Shown here piece by piece: positions 28,189 to 41,331 of a DNA stretch of 64,000 nt. The notes under the pieces are model-generated. The model saw nothing but the letters and a program-made list of their open reading frames with translations. It searched no databases and was not told where the DNA came from. The position numbers were made by a program, and so were the translations under genes. The DNA lies in contig OZ024740.1 in NCBI GenBank assembly GCA_964016885.1, positions 207,576,001 to 207,640,000 on the forward strand, in the 5' to 3' direction. Every line of letters starts with the position of its first letter. Position 1 is the stretch's first letter. This DNA comes from Eledone cirrhosa. Taxonomy: Eukaryota.

Positions 28189-29715
28189 GTGTGTGTGTGT
28201 GTGTGTTTTCCAAATGAAAAATGAATGAAATTGAGAAAATATGATGCAAAAAACAACTAAATGTAGAAAGGTGGGAGTGGGAGGAGAAGATATCAGGTGT
28301 GTGACCTTTGTTGACCTCCTACTTTACATATCAGCTTAACACACAGATGCACACATACGCACACACATACACACATACACACACACGTACACACATGCAC
28401 ACATACACACACACATACACACATACACACACACACACGCACACGTGCACACATACACACACACACATACACACATACACACACACACGCACACATACAC
28501 ACATACACACACATGCACACATACCCATACACATACACACATACACGCACACATACACGCACGCACACATACACACACACGCTCATATACACACACACAT
28601 ACACATACACACATGCACACACACACACATACACACATACACAAACACATACACACACACGCACACACACACATACATACACATACACACACACATACAC
28701 ACATACACACACACGCACACATACACACACATAGACACATACACACACACATAACACACATACACACATACACACATACACACACATACACACATACACA
28801 CACATACACACATATATACACACATACACATACACACACAAACACATACACACATACATATATACACATACACATACACACAACCATACACACAGACACA
28901 CAAAACACCCACAAAAACACATTCAAAGATACACATTCAAACATTCAAACACACATACACAAACGCACACACACAAATGAACACACACACGCGCGCGCAC
29001 AAACACACATTCAAACATACACATGCACACACACACGCCACCCTCAAACACACAAACACACAAACATACACAGACACACACACATGCACACACAGACACA
29101 CACAAAACACCCACAAAAGCACTTTCAAACATACACACGCACACATACACACGCATTCAAATATACAAACATACAAACACACATACATACACACACATAA
29201 ACGCACACGGACACACACGCACAAACACACATACGGACATACACACACACTCACTCACACAAACATACACACCACACACACACCACACACACACCTACAC
29301 ACACACCACACACACAGCACACACCCTACACACACTGCACACCACACACACTACACACACCACACACACAGCACACACCCTACACACACTGCACACCACA
29401 CACACTACACACACCACACACACACACTACACACACCACACACACTACACACACCACACACACCACACACCACACCACACCATACACACTACACACAGTA
29501 CACAAACCACACCACACCACACACGCTACACACACCACACACACCACACCACACCACACACACTACTCCCCCACCCTCACCTCCACACACCACACACCAC
29601 AGCACACACGGCACACACACTACACACACCACACACACCACACACACTACACACACCGCACACCACACACACTACACACCACACACACACACTACACACA
29701 CCACACACAACACAC
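26380..29715. repeat. Block of degenerate (GT)n, (GA)n, a G-rich 93-bp-period repeat (27225-27610) and (CA)n-derived repeats
   Basis: Direct reading. Confidence 0.9.
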
Positions 29716-30287
29716 CTCCCCTACATTGTCTCTCAATTAAAAAAAATTTAAAAATTAGCACTTAACTATAAACACCCACAATTTCTAATCTCTCGAAAAG
29801 TTACCTCCCCTGAAACCACCCTCTAATTAGTAAAGTAAATATGCCCTTTGGCAGCCATCTTGTTACCCATAGGCAAATCTCACACAATGCAGCCTCGACA
29901 GATGAATACTGCTTGATTACGGCTGACAACTGATGCAACCAAGACACCATAGTAAAAACCAATATATGGAACATTATATTATGTAACATTATCTCATTAT
30001 TTTAATTTATATTCCTTTGAAGTTCCGATTAGCCACTCTGTCTTTTAAATATGTTAATTATTTTCAACTGAACCAGATCAATTACGATATATAGTCATCT
30101 GATCCAGAAATATTATATGGATTAACGAAACAATTGTAAACGGACATTATTATTATTATTATTCTCTACTTCCTTACATCAAACTAAAATATGTTGACAA
30201 TCTTTTAATAATGTCTTCTTTGTGAAATTTGTTGTCTTGTTTTGCTTAACTAATGAATATATATATATATATATATATATAATATAA

Positions 30288-30473
30288 TATAATTGTTTCT
30301 ACGTTTGGCACAAGGCCAGCAAATACCCAGTACATTACTGGTACTTTATTTTATCGACCCCTTAAGGATGAAAGACAAAGTTAACCTCGGTGAGACTTGA
30401 ACTCAGATTGTAAAGGGACGTAACTATGCTGGAAAGCATGTCCGACCCTCTACTGATACTGCCAATCCACTGC
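30288..30473 (-). mobile_element. SINE family A
   Basis: Homology to 6864-7056. Confidence 0.85.
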
Positions 30474-30496
30474 TATATATATAATATAATATTATA

Positions 30497-30544
<48 letters not shown>

Positions 30545-30588
30545 TATAATATTATATTATATTATATTATATTATATTATATATATAT

Positions 30589-30675
<87 letters not shown>

Positions 30676-30677
<2 letters not shown>

Positions 30678-31111
30678 AACGATCGACTTTCGTCAAATCG
30701 GACCGAGGGAACAATGTTTCCGTTGGTCTTTCCAATTGCTAATACTATCTATCGGTCGCAACTCCAGGTAGAGGGAGGAACGTGAAATAAAGTGTCTTGC
30801 TCAAGGACATAACGCATCGCCTGGTCCAGGAATCGAACTCAACCTTACGGTTGCGAATCCAATTCTCTAACCACTCAGCCACACGCCTTCACTGAAGGCG
30901 TGTGGCCCAGTGGTTAGAGAATTGGATTCCTAATCGTGAGGTTGTGAGTTCGATTCCCGGACCGGGCGATGCGTTATGTCCTTGATCAAGACACTTTATT
31001 TCACGTTGCTCCTTCTACCTGGGGTTGCGACCGATAGAGAGTACTAGCAATTGGAAAGACCAACGGAAACATTGTTTCCGTGGTCCGATCTGACGAAAGT
31101 CGATCGACTGA

Positions 31112-31112
<1 letters not shown>
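30676..31112. mobile_element. Two diverged tRNA-headed SINE copies joined 5'-to-5' (minus 30676-30891, plus 30893-31112) inside (TA)n
   Basis: Plus arm has A box TGGCCCAGTGGTTAGAG, B box GAGTTCGATTCCC, a family-B-like core and a distinct structured tail; junction CGCCTTCA-C-TGAAGGCG. Confidence 0.85.
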
Positions 31113-31146
<34 letters not shown>

Positions 31147-31152
<6 letters not shown>

Positions 31153-31282
31153 TGCTAATTGGGAGAGGAAATGGTATATATTTTATCTGGTGATTCTATA
31201 GACATGTTTTATGATATATAGCTCTGATTATTTAATTTATTAACTTTTCATTGAGCCACAAAGTAACCCGTTGCAAAACACG

Positions 31283-31342
<60 letters not shown>

Positions 31343-31607
31343 TAAACGGAATAGAAAATGCTGACAAATTGTTCACAGTTGAAAAATGGTTTAATTAGGA
31401 ATAAAAGAGTATTAGTGATTGTATGGGTTAGTATTCAGTTGTGGTTTTTAACTTAAAAACTTAAAACCACAACTGAATACTAACCCATACAATCACTAAT
31501 ACTCTTTTATTCCTAATTAAACCATTTTTCAACTGTGAACAATTTGTCAGCATTTTCTATTCCGTTTACCAATATATAATAACTTGTGTGTTACACCTCT
31601 ATTCTTT

Positions 31608-31670
<63 letters not shown>

Positions 31671-32220
31671 CTTTATATTTAATAATCTCCCATTAGGTTG
31701 AGATACAAATTTGGCTGTATTGTGCTGTGCTTTCTAACAAAAAGCCACCAGCCGTAAGCAACTACCACATTCCTTCCAACCTGACCGCTGCTACGTCACG
31801 ATTCTTAGCCATTTTTGAATGAATTCTTGGCGCGATCACTTTGGAAAATTTAATGTCTAGATTAGAGCAAAACTCCTGAAGAGTCCGATGCTCGAGTTTC
31901 CAAAGTTATTGGAAATCTCAAAATGCGGACGAAACCATGGTAGAGGTAAATAAATGTATTCTATTTTCTCCTAGTTTATTTTACACCTAATTCTGTTTAA
32001 TTGACTGTATCTGGGCGATTAAGCTGTCGAAATATTCGATAAATATTCCGTCGCAGCCGGCGCGAAGGGCTAGTTTCGGTTATTTGTTGGAGATTTCTTC
32101 ATAGAAGCCTTATTCTTATAGCCTGGTCTATTCGATTTTTTATATAGTTAATTATGCTAATTGGGAGAGGAAATGGTATATATTTTATCTGGTGATTCTA
32201 TATACATGTTTTATGATATA
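31147..32220 (+). mobile_element. Retrozyme-like unit (~620 nt after removing a nested insertion) with ~72-bp terminal direct repeat
   Basis: TAATTATGCTAATTGGGAGAGG...GTTTTATGATATA at ~31147 and ~32149; interrupted by (TA)n and the 31337-31612 inverted element; contains an HHR. Confidence 0.65.
31873..31945 (+). ncRNA. Type I hammerhead ribozyme with canonical core and extended stem II
   Basis: CTC CTGAAGA GTCCG..(GAGTTTCCAA/TTGGAAATCTC)..CGGAC GAAAC CATG GTA GAG; palindromic ACCATGGT; GUA triplet. Confidence 0.88.
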
Positions 32221-32340
32221 TATATATATATACAGATAGATACAGAGAGAGAGAGAGAGGTGTATACTCACTCTGCTTCGCCCCATGCATCGAGTACTCT
32301 CAGGATTAGTGGTCTCCTTGGTCTCAACACCACAGACTCT

Positions 32341-32413
<73 letters not shown>

Positions 32414-32893
32414 TATAAAACACATGGCAAATTGGTGTATACCTTCCTAGATACTCGGAGTTTCCCGAAGCAAGCTGATCTTATTGTTGTTTTGTTCGAT
32501 AAGATCTTTATACGTAAACATTGTATATGGATTCCTACACGCCTTTGTTCTAAATCAGGTCATGATAATGTTATCACTAATTAAAACTAGCCGCCCAATC
32601 TTGCACTGAATGTAAATAAGCCTTTATCAAAACAGTTTGTTTACAAAATCTATAAAAAAATATACTATTTACTCTACTTCAAAGCTGTAAGTGACCGCTG
32701 ACAATCTGTAAAGATAGTGAAACGTATTCGCGGCTCTTACCATGGTTACTGAGCTAGCTGACACATATTTACAACAAGACTATACTCACAGCGAGACTAG
32801 ATGCATGTTTATTATACGTAAACATATTATATATGAGTTTCTATATGCCTTTATTGTGAATCATGCCATGTTGGTTCTATCGTTGATTTAGAT

Positions 32894-34051
32894 CAGAGTT
32901 TCTCAAACATTTTGCCCCTCCCCCCCCCCCCCCCCCCCCCTCATGGCGACGTAATACCCCCAGCGCCCATAGCTCTATTTCCAGAGAGACCTGCCTACAC
33001 ACAAATTGTAAATAATATATATAATAATATAATAAAGGGAGAAGTGCGGGATTGTGTCCTGCAAATATTCTTTTATCCCGTTAGTAAAATAAGTTGGATT
33101 ACTTTGAATAAATAATTGTTTCTACTTTAGGCACAAGGCCATCAATTACCCAGTGCATTACTGGTACTTTATTTTATCGACCCCGTAAGGATGAAAGGTA
33201 AAGTCAACCTCGGCGGGATTTGAACTCAGATCGTAAAGGGACGTAACTATGCTGGAAAGCATGGCGTCCGACTCTCTACTGCCAATCCACCGCCCTTTGA
33301 ATAAATAATTGTTTCTACTTTAGGCACAGGCCCTTTGAATAAATAATGAATGAATATTACATATCTTATGTACTAAATTTCGTAGCTCTTGATTAAAATG
33401 AATATTCTTTTATATAATGATTGCTTATTTTAAGATTCACTTCTTTTAAAATTTTCAAATGTCAATACTTCCGGTTATAATATAACGGACGTTATATTAT
33501 ATCGATTATATAAACATTCATATATTTGCATCGTTATATCATAACGTTTCTATTTCTGTCTCTAATTTTCTCCTTTTTCATTTTCATTAGATTTTACCGT
33601 AATGCAGTTTATATATAATATCGTGTTTTTTAAATGTATCATGGATTACGTTACTGATTACAGAAGAGAGTGTAACATAGTTAGTCTCTTTTCAATTTCT
33701 GTGCATATTGTCAATTCCGATTTTATTTGATGCATCATATCTAAATGCATGTATATTTGCATATAATATCAATATGCACACTACAAATGCTAGCCGATGG
33801 GTGGTTTTTCTGCTAGAAAATATATAAAATCGTTAATTTATATGTAATAAATAATATAAAATATAGACTATGTATAAATAAATATTACATATTTTTTATT
33901 TTACTATATTTATATATAATATATATATCATTTGATATTTAATATACTATTATATCATCTCTATCGCCGCCGCCACCCCCTTAACCGCAGCGCACCCTGG
34001 ACGTTCTCAACGCTGCCCAGGGGGCGATAGTGTCCACTTTGAGAACCTCTG
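32894..34051. mobile_element. hAT-type non-autonomous DNA transposon with nested SINE A (~33105-33295, minus)
   Basis: TIRs CAGAGTTTCTCAAA / TTTGAGAACCTCTG; 8-bp TSD ATTTAGAT (32886-32893) / ATTTAGAC (34052-34059). Confidence 0.75.
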
Positions 34052-35134
34052 ATTTAGACGATACATATTCAAAAATTCAGCCCTGAGATCTAGACAGAAT
34101 ATTCAAACAGGCGAAATATGTCGTCAATATTCAATGGAATGTGAACACAACCCCCCCCCCCCCCCCATCTATTACAGGCAAACATAAGAGGCAACGGATT
34201 GAGGAAGGAATAAAAGCATGGAAAGAAATGTCTTGCAGTATATATTCTGTTGTCCTTTTTTTTTGTCTTCTAAATTCAAAACCCCGATATACGTTAATTT
34301 ACCTTTTATGATCTCGGTGTCGATAAATAAAGTATCAATTCTAGAGCGGTGAACTGACAGAATAGTTAGAACGTCGGATGAGATGCTCTGTGATATTTGT
34401 ATCGGCTCTTTGCGTGTCTGTTCAAATCTTGCAGTAGCTTACGTGAGTGTTGTTTTAATACGTTACCTGGTTTAGCCATTGGGTACCTGTAGCGGAGCCC
34501 ATTTCCTGCGCAAGGTATGCCAACCAGGTCATTTGTTTTATGATTTCTTTCCCTTTCCCACTTGTCTCTGAAGCGGGACCACGGACACTGCTCTCCCCTC
34601 TTTGACTGAGTGATAAGATTATTAGAAGGTGCAACATTACGTCTTTTAAAAAAACATCTTGATAGCTGTCAAAATATACGTTAGGGTTTAATAGAAATAG
34701 TAGCAACTTTCATTAAATAATCAATAATCCTCTCCAACTACAGATTAACAACCATCATAAATTTATCGAGAGTTTTTGCGTGATGCTAATGTCATATCTC
34801 AACTATCTTCTTCACGGCGTGCCTTTCTCTGTACATCGAATAACAGCTTTGCTGTTATTTTCACTTTATTTTCATTTCAAATACTTCACATCACGAATGC
34901 AGTTTTTATTGAATAAATCTATTTTTCTCCAACCTTGCATTAAGTGGTTGTCACTACTTTTCTATTTAGTTTTATATAGTTTTGGTTCTAAAACTATATA
35001 AAACTAAATAGAAAAGTAGTTCGATTTTTCAAAGTCAGATTATTTCTTCTATTCCAAACCATATATTAGGGTTAACATAATGTTTCAGATTTATCAATTC
35101 TAAATTTCAAAACCGAGAAAAAAAACATAAAAAA

Positions 35135-35212
<78 letters not shown>

Positions 35213-35440
35213 AATAGAGGGGAGACTATTTTTAATCTTAACATCCAACAAGGCTTTGTTCATGAATACAAATACTTAAATTAATGAAGGAGACAGAATG
35301 TGTTGGGAGGTAAAAGTAACAAAAGTTATGAAGCGATAGAAACATCCAGAATAATAGATTTCATAACTTATAGCAGTTAAAGAATAAATAACCCAGAGAC
35401 GCTATCTACACGGAAAAGAAACAATAGCTAATTTATTTAT

Positions 35441-35790
35441 TTCTTCTTCTTCTTCTTCTTCTTCTTCTTCTTCTTCTTCTTCTTCTTCTTCTTCTTCTTC
35501 TTCTTCTTCTTCTTCTTCTTCTTCTTCTTCTTCTTCTTCTTCTTCTTCTCCCTGAAAGGGTCGTAGAGGCACAGTCTTGAAACACTCCCTCCAGAAGCAA
35601 CCTGTCAGAAGCAACCGTCTCCAACTGCTCTGACTGTATCTCCAAGCGAGACCAGCCAAGCTCATGGATGTTATCCAACCATCTTGCTCGGAGTCTACTG
35701 GGTTTCCTACCAGTTGGTTTTGCACGTAAAATCTGTCCAACGATTCTTTCCTGAGACATTCTAACCATATACCTGAGCTGTGATCTCTCA
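35441..35790 (-). mobile_element. RTE-clade LINE 3' end with (GAA)n tail
   Basis: Translation MVRMSQERIVGQILRAKPTGRKPSRLRARWLDNIHELGW..ETVASDR, then (GAA)n. Confidence 0.75.
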
Positions 35791-35924
35791 ATAGCTATGT
35801 TGATGTTTAAAATACTTAATGCAGTTAATACTAAAAATGTAATTAGAAATATTTAGAAATAAACAGTGTGCAATAAGGCTATTAGGTAGAAAATATGGAA
35901 AGGAATGTGAGTATGTGTGTGTGT

Positions 35925-36270
35925 GCACGCGCACAAGTATAGCTCTTTATTCAAAACGTTTTTTTCCATTTCAGGTAGACGCGCTCCATCATCCACTTTT
36001 CTAAAAAAATAAATCATACACAAAACGTCAGCACCAACAGTTTTCCAAGAGATGTCACCATGAATGGATCTGTTATTTTTATCTAAAGACATTTTTTTCA
36101 ATTCCACCCGGCCAGTCCCTTCAATCTATCTTATTTCCGATTCTTTCTTCTGATGAAGGACTAGCGTTCGAAACGTTAAGACCCTCTTCCTGCTATTTTA
36201 AGCATTAACCTAATATATCCCTTCCATATACTGTACCGGTTGTGTTGTTATTTCTGTTTACCTTTTACAC
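35925..36270 (+). mobile_element. HHR-bearing PLE-type element (family of 5385-5730); minimal HHR at 36146-36181
   Basis: TCTT CTGATGA A GGAC tagc GTTC GAAAC GTT AAGA; 4-bp stem I; palindromic AACGTT. Confidence 0.8.
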
Positions 36271-36371
36271 ACACATATATACATACATATACGTATATAT
36301 ATATACTAGCTGGCCCGTCCGGCTGGCGCTCAGCTACCATTAGCGTGTTCTACGGCATCCAGATATATATA

Positions 36372-37087
36372 TATAGCTGACGTACCTAGCTTCGCTTGGA
36401 TAAACAGACGATAAGCCATCTGTGTAGTATAGTATTACTGTTGAAAATATATAGTATAGCATAGTATTACTGTTCAAAACATATAGTATAGTATAGTATT
36501 ACTGTTGAACATATCTAGTATAGTATTACTGTTGAATATATATAGTACGGTATTACTGTTGAAAATATATAGTACGGTATTACTGTTGAAAATATATAGT
36601 ATAGTATTACTGTTGAAAATGTATAGTACAGTATTACTGTTGAAAATATATAGTATAATATTACTGTTGAAAACATAGTATAGTATTACTGTTGAAAATA
36701 TGTCACGAATATATAATTATATATATATATATAATTAATTAAAAGTTGGTTAGAAGCGAAGTCAATGCAGACAGGCAGACATACAGACAGACATTATAAG
36801 AGCACGACGTTATAGCTATGTATCTATCTAAAAAGACAGAGTTAGAAAGAGAGAGGAATCTCGTACTATATATATTATATATAATAAAGTATCAGTAATG
36901 TACTGGGATAATTGCTGGCCTTGTGCCAGAAGTAGAAACAATTATACTTCTTTTTTATACAAGTGTAAATAACATGTTTTTCTATGTATATATACGTATA
37001 TATACGTATATATACGTATATATACATGTGTAATAAAATGTACTAATTAAACTGTCTCTTATTTATATATATATATACACACACACA

Positions 37088-37149
<62 letters not shown>

Positions 37150-37511
37150 TATATATATACATATATACGCACACACACAGATAGCGAAGTCAATGTACAG
37201 AATGGTTTTCGTAATGCAGACAGCCAGACACACAGACAGATATTATAAGGGCGCGACGTTATATATATGTATCTATCTATAAAGACAGACTAAGAAAGAG
37301 AGAGATCGTTAACCGGAAGTGCTGACATTTGAAAATTTTAAAGAAGTGAATATTTAAATAAACAATAAAATATCTTTAAACTTTTAACTAAATTTATTAG
37401 ACAAAAATACCCACACTTTCTTGGAAAAAGTTACATCTGTGGTGCAAATGTGGTGCTGTTTGGTCCAGCAGTTTAGCGAAAAGTTTGTTACATACATACG
37501 GCCGTCAGCTT

Positions 37512-37520
<9 letters not shown>
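36372..37520 (+). mobile_element. Helitron/Helentron-like (DINE-1/HINE-type) non-autonomous element with an internal ~29-34 bp tandem repeat (36425-36700)
   Basis: 5' TAGCTGACGTACCTAGCTTCGCTTGG; 3' ...TTTGGTCCAGCAGTTTAG...ACATACATAC...CTTTATTATATA. Resembles HINE architecture, from recall only. Confidence 0.5.
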
Positions 37521-37580
<60 letters not shown>

Positions 37581-38315
37581 TAATTTATATCTGTATATAA
37601 ACAGTACAAAGGTGAACCAAAGTGTGTTACTGTATATATTTACTTTTAGTATATAAACATATAAATATTATCAAATCTACGTATTTCCGAATGAAACGAA
37701 TAAAATAAGTGTCATAAATTATTTTCGAATCTTTTGGGTTCTCATCGGAAGATATGACGTATATCATTTAAACATATTCAAGGAAATACGCAATCGAGGG
37801 GTTTATAAACGTAATACCCAGAAATGGACGTACTAATATGCGTATTATAGGCGATCATGGTAGATAATTTTGATATATCTAGTAAATTGTGCATTAAGCA
37901 GCCGAAAATTACGATAAATGTACACCCACACATGTATATGTATACACACACACGCACACATATATATATATATATATACATATATAGTTAGTTCGGATCT
38001 AGCTGTCGACACGACCGGAGCTCTGCCGTCGGGGTCCTTACTCATTTCCTATATATATATATATATGAACAATGAGTTAAAGACTTCTTTGATGTGTAAT
38101 CAACTCAGTTATGTTCATAACAGATACGAAACACTCGACAGATAATACTTATCTGGAATATTAGAGAGAGAGAGGGGGTGGGGAGGGACGGTTATGGAGG
38201 TAACCAAGGTTGCGTTAATGTAGAGTGTACGAAGTTAAGAGCCGAAACACTTGCTTGATGGGGGAGGAGTTCATATCTGAAAACCTACTGTCCAGATCTC
38301 CTAAGAGTTTCTTAC

Positions 38316-38389
<74 letters not shown>

Positions 38390-38394
<5 letters not shown>

Positions 38395-38720
38395 ATCAAA
38401 AGATGGTTAAAAGAGTTCCATGTATTTTATTATGCGCATTTCAAAAACAAATATCATCATGAGATGACATTTGCGTTTTCGTCAGATAAAATAGGGATAC
38501 ATGATATGAAGGTTAAAAAACACTTGTGAATAGTGCAGTTTTAAATCAACATATCAACATATATGTTGATTTAAAACTGCACTATTCACAAGTGTTTTTT
38601 AACCTTCATATCATGTATCCCTATTTTATCTGACGAAAACGCAAATGTCATCTCATGATGATATTTGTTTTTGAAATGCGCATAATAAAATACATGGAAC
38701 TCTTTTAACCATCTTTTGAT

Positions 38721-38725
<5 letters not shown>
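38390..38725. mobile_element. Near-perfect ~165-bp-arm palindrome of two back-to-back HHR-bearing PLE-type 3' ends in (TA)n
   Basis: Arms read as exact reverse complements; centre TCAACATA-TCAACATA-TATGTTGA. Confidence 0.9.
38622..38692 (+). ncRNA. Type I hammerhead ribozyme (mirror copy at 38423-38493 on minus)
   Basis: TATTTTAT CTGACGA AAA-c-GCAAATGTCATC tcat GATGATATTTGT-t-TTT GAAAT GCGC ATA ATAAAATA. Perfect 8-bp stem I; palindromic ATGCGCAT; AUA triplet. Confidence 0.85.
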
Positions 38726-38771
<46 letters not shown>

Positions 38772-39189
38772 CGTGTAACGTGCAGTTACAGTCGGTTCCC
38801 CCAGGTGAGCACTCGATGTTTAGATTCACGCCTGTAACTAGGTGAAGAGCTAAACAGAGAATAAATATAATAATAAAAGGACGATTTGTTATCTCTTCAG
38901 AGGCCCGACTAGCTTTTGATTCCAGAGTCGGGCCAGATCAATACAGATCGAACCTTGAGCTGCTCAATAGCGAAATGGGCGTCACCAACCAATAAACGTA
39001 ATGAAAACATAGCAAATCGTCCTTTTATCATATATATATATATATGCTCTGTGTTATATATGTCACCCCTGTCTTCAACCTTTAAATGATATCTCCTATA
39101 TTTCTATCTTTAATGACATAAACACATTGAGCTTAAATATATTATTGTTTGGCAATTTGAATTATTTTTAGTTAACTCCATCTCTCTCT

Positions 39190-39288
39190 CTTCTACAGAA
39201 CTAGACCTGTTTCATTCGAAGGAAATCATCAGGAAAGAGCTTTCCTGTTGATTTCATTCGAATGAAACAGTTATAATCCTGTAGAAGC
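39190..39288. ncRNA. Two back-to-back hammerhead motifs: minus 39190-39237 (CTGATGA) and plus 39239-39288 (CTGTTGA, mutated core)
   Basis: Both have TTC/GAA stem II, GAA ACAG..CTGT A GAAG; the arms differ at several loop positions. Confidence 0.7.
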
Positions 39289-39419
39289 TACTTCTATATT
39301 AAATATTATATATACTCTACTATGAATTGAGTACCTTACTTACTGTGGTTACCCCCGATTGAACTCGGGACACACATATCTCTCTCTATATATATATTAC
39401 TAAAACGAACAAAGATGTC

Positions 39420-39537
<118 letters not shown>

Positions 39538-39754
39538 TGTGAGTTAAGACTCTATTGGTTTTTCCTTGGATTTCACAAAATCTGTGGATAAAATCTCTGT
39601 CTTGATTTTTTTTTTAATTGAGTTTGAATTATTTTCCCACATCTTACGTTAATTATTTTCCATTTTGACGTTATACTCACTTATATATTATGAAATACTG
39701 TTGGCTTCTTGCTCACAATAATTTCTATATTTTCATTTATATATATATATATAT

Positions 39755-40660
39755 ATAAGTATGTATACGTACATACATATATGTATACAGACGTACAGTA
39801 GTATGTATATATATATACATACATACACACATATATATATATGTACGTATGGATTCACCGAACATTTATTATAATGCTCGGTGTGTTTGTAAACAAACAT
39901 CCCGAATTAAGCCGTACAGTGTCTAGCAACCATCGTTGCTCATTTGTTCAACACTGACAAAGGAACGCTGTACTAGTTTCAAGCTTATTAGCTATCGTCA
40001 GCAACGTATACCTTCCTGCCAGATGATTGAACGTCTGAATGTATATACTTTCCTTATGCATATTAACGGCTGAGCAGCCTAATTTGCATATCGAGTGAGT
40101 TAATCGGCCGGGCGCACCGAAAACGATAAACGGAAAAAAATGAAACGAAATTTCATTTCTCACTCTTAGTACGGCTGTTACTTAAATATAAGTATGTATA
40201 CGTACATACATATATGTATACAGACGTACAGTAGTATGTATATATATATACATAAATGCACACATATATATATATGTACGTATGGATTCACCGAACATTT
40301 ATTATAATGCTCGGTGTGTTTGTAAACAAACATCCCGAATTAAGCCGTACAGTGTCTAGCAACCATCGTTGCTCATTTGTTCAACACTGACTTAATTTTA
40401 GTACTAATTTTAAAACTAGTACAGCGTTCCTTTGTCAGTGTTGAACAAACGAGCATCGACGGTTGTTAGACACTGTACGGCTTAATTCGGGATGTTTGTT
40501 TACAAACACACCGAGCATTATAATAAATGTTCGGTGAATCCATACGTACATATATATATGTGTGCATGTGTGTATATATATGTATATATATATATATATA
40601 CATACTACTGTACGTCTGTATACATATATGTATGTACATATACATACTTATATTTGTATA
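39755..40660. mobile_element. Retrozyme-like 433-bp unit: ~1.5 minus-sense copies plus an inverted arm; relatives at 20086-20210, 42510-42960 and 44300-45210
   Basis: AGTATGTATACG at 39758 and 40191; inversion near 40390-40410. Confidence 0.8.
39965..40007 (-). ncRNA. Minimal type I hammerhead ribozyme
   Basis: ACGTTG CTGACGA t AGCT aata AGCT t GAAAC TA GTA CAGCGT; 6-bp stem I; palindromic ACTAGT; GUA triplet. Confidence 0.82.
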
Positions 40661-41048
40661 TATATATATATATATATGTAAAAGGTAAACAGAAATAACA
40701 ACACAATCGGTACAGTATATGAAAGATATATATTAGGTTAGCGCTTGATATCGTAATCTTCCACTTATATGTGTTGTTGCTAGTGAAACTTTAGACAAAT
40801 TGATATCCATTTGGTTTACAATCAAAGTTTTTTACGGTTCTTTATTATTCATGTATCATTTTGTTGGCAAATATCTACTCTATATATGTCATATTTCTTT
40901 TTCTTATCCAGTTTGCCCAAGTGTAATGATATTGTTTGTAGGAAATGATCGAAACATGAAGTTATAGATTTTAGTTTCGGTGGTTCGGTTACATTTTGGA
41001 ATGCGTAAAGTAATGACTGTCACCAATCACGACTAACGTATACTTGAG

Positions 41049-41331
41049 TAAGGCCGAATTTAATGGGAGAGGTGGGGGAGGGGGGAATTACCCCTGCACT
41101 GGTCGTAGCAATTAATTTGTGACCTCAGCTGGGCTTTTTAGTTTTAGGATGGTTAGAATTTTTTAATTTAATATCTGTATATATAACTTTTCAATTCCAA
41201 TTACTTTCGCCAAGGTAACTTTGATATGTAAAATAGGGGGTGTTTGCTGTGTATTCTAATTTTTTGTGCATGAGGGGACCCCAAATCTGAAATGCCCCGA
41301 CACCTCTCTCCAATGTCTAAATCCAACTCTG
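41049..41331. mobile_element. Degenerate hAT-type MITE
   Basis: Decayed TIRs (TAAGGCCGAATTT / AAATCCAACTCTG) with 8-bp direct flank TACTTGAG at 41041-41048 and 41332-41339. Confidence 0.6.

Noticed and set aside
25563-29765. Poly-Asp, poly-Met, His/Thr and Pro-rich ORFs
   Set aside because: Translations of (GAT)n, (CA)n and (GGT)n repeats.
30893-30965. tRNA gene
   Set aside because: A and B boxes continue into a SINE core and tail, so it is a SINE head rather than a standalone tRNA.
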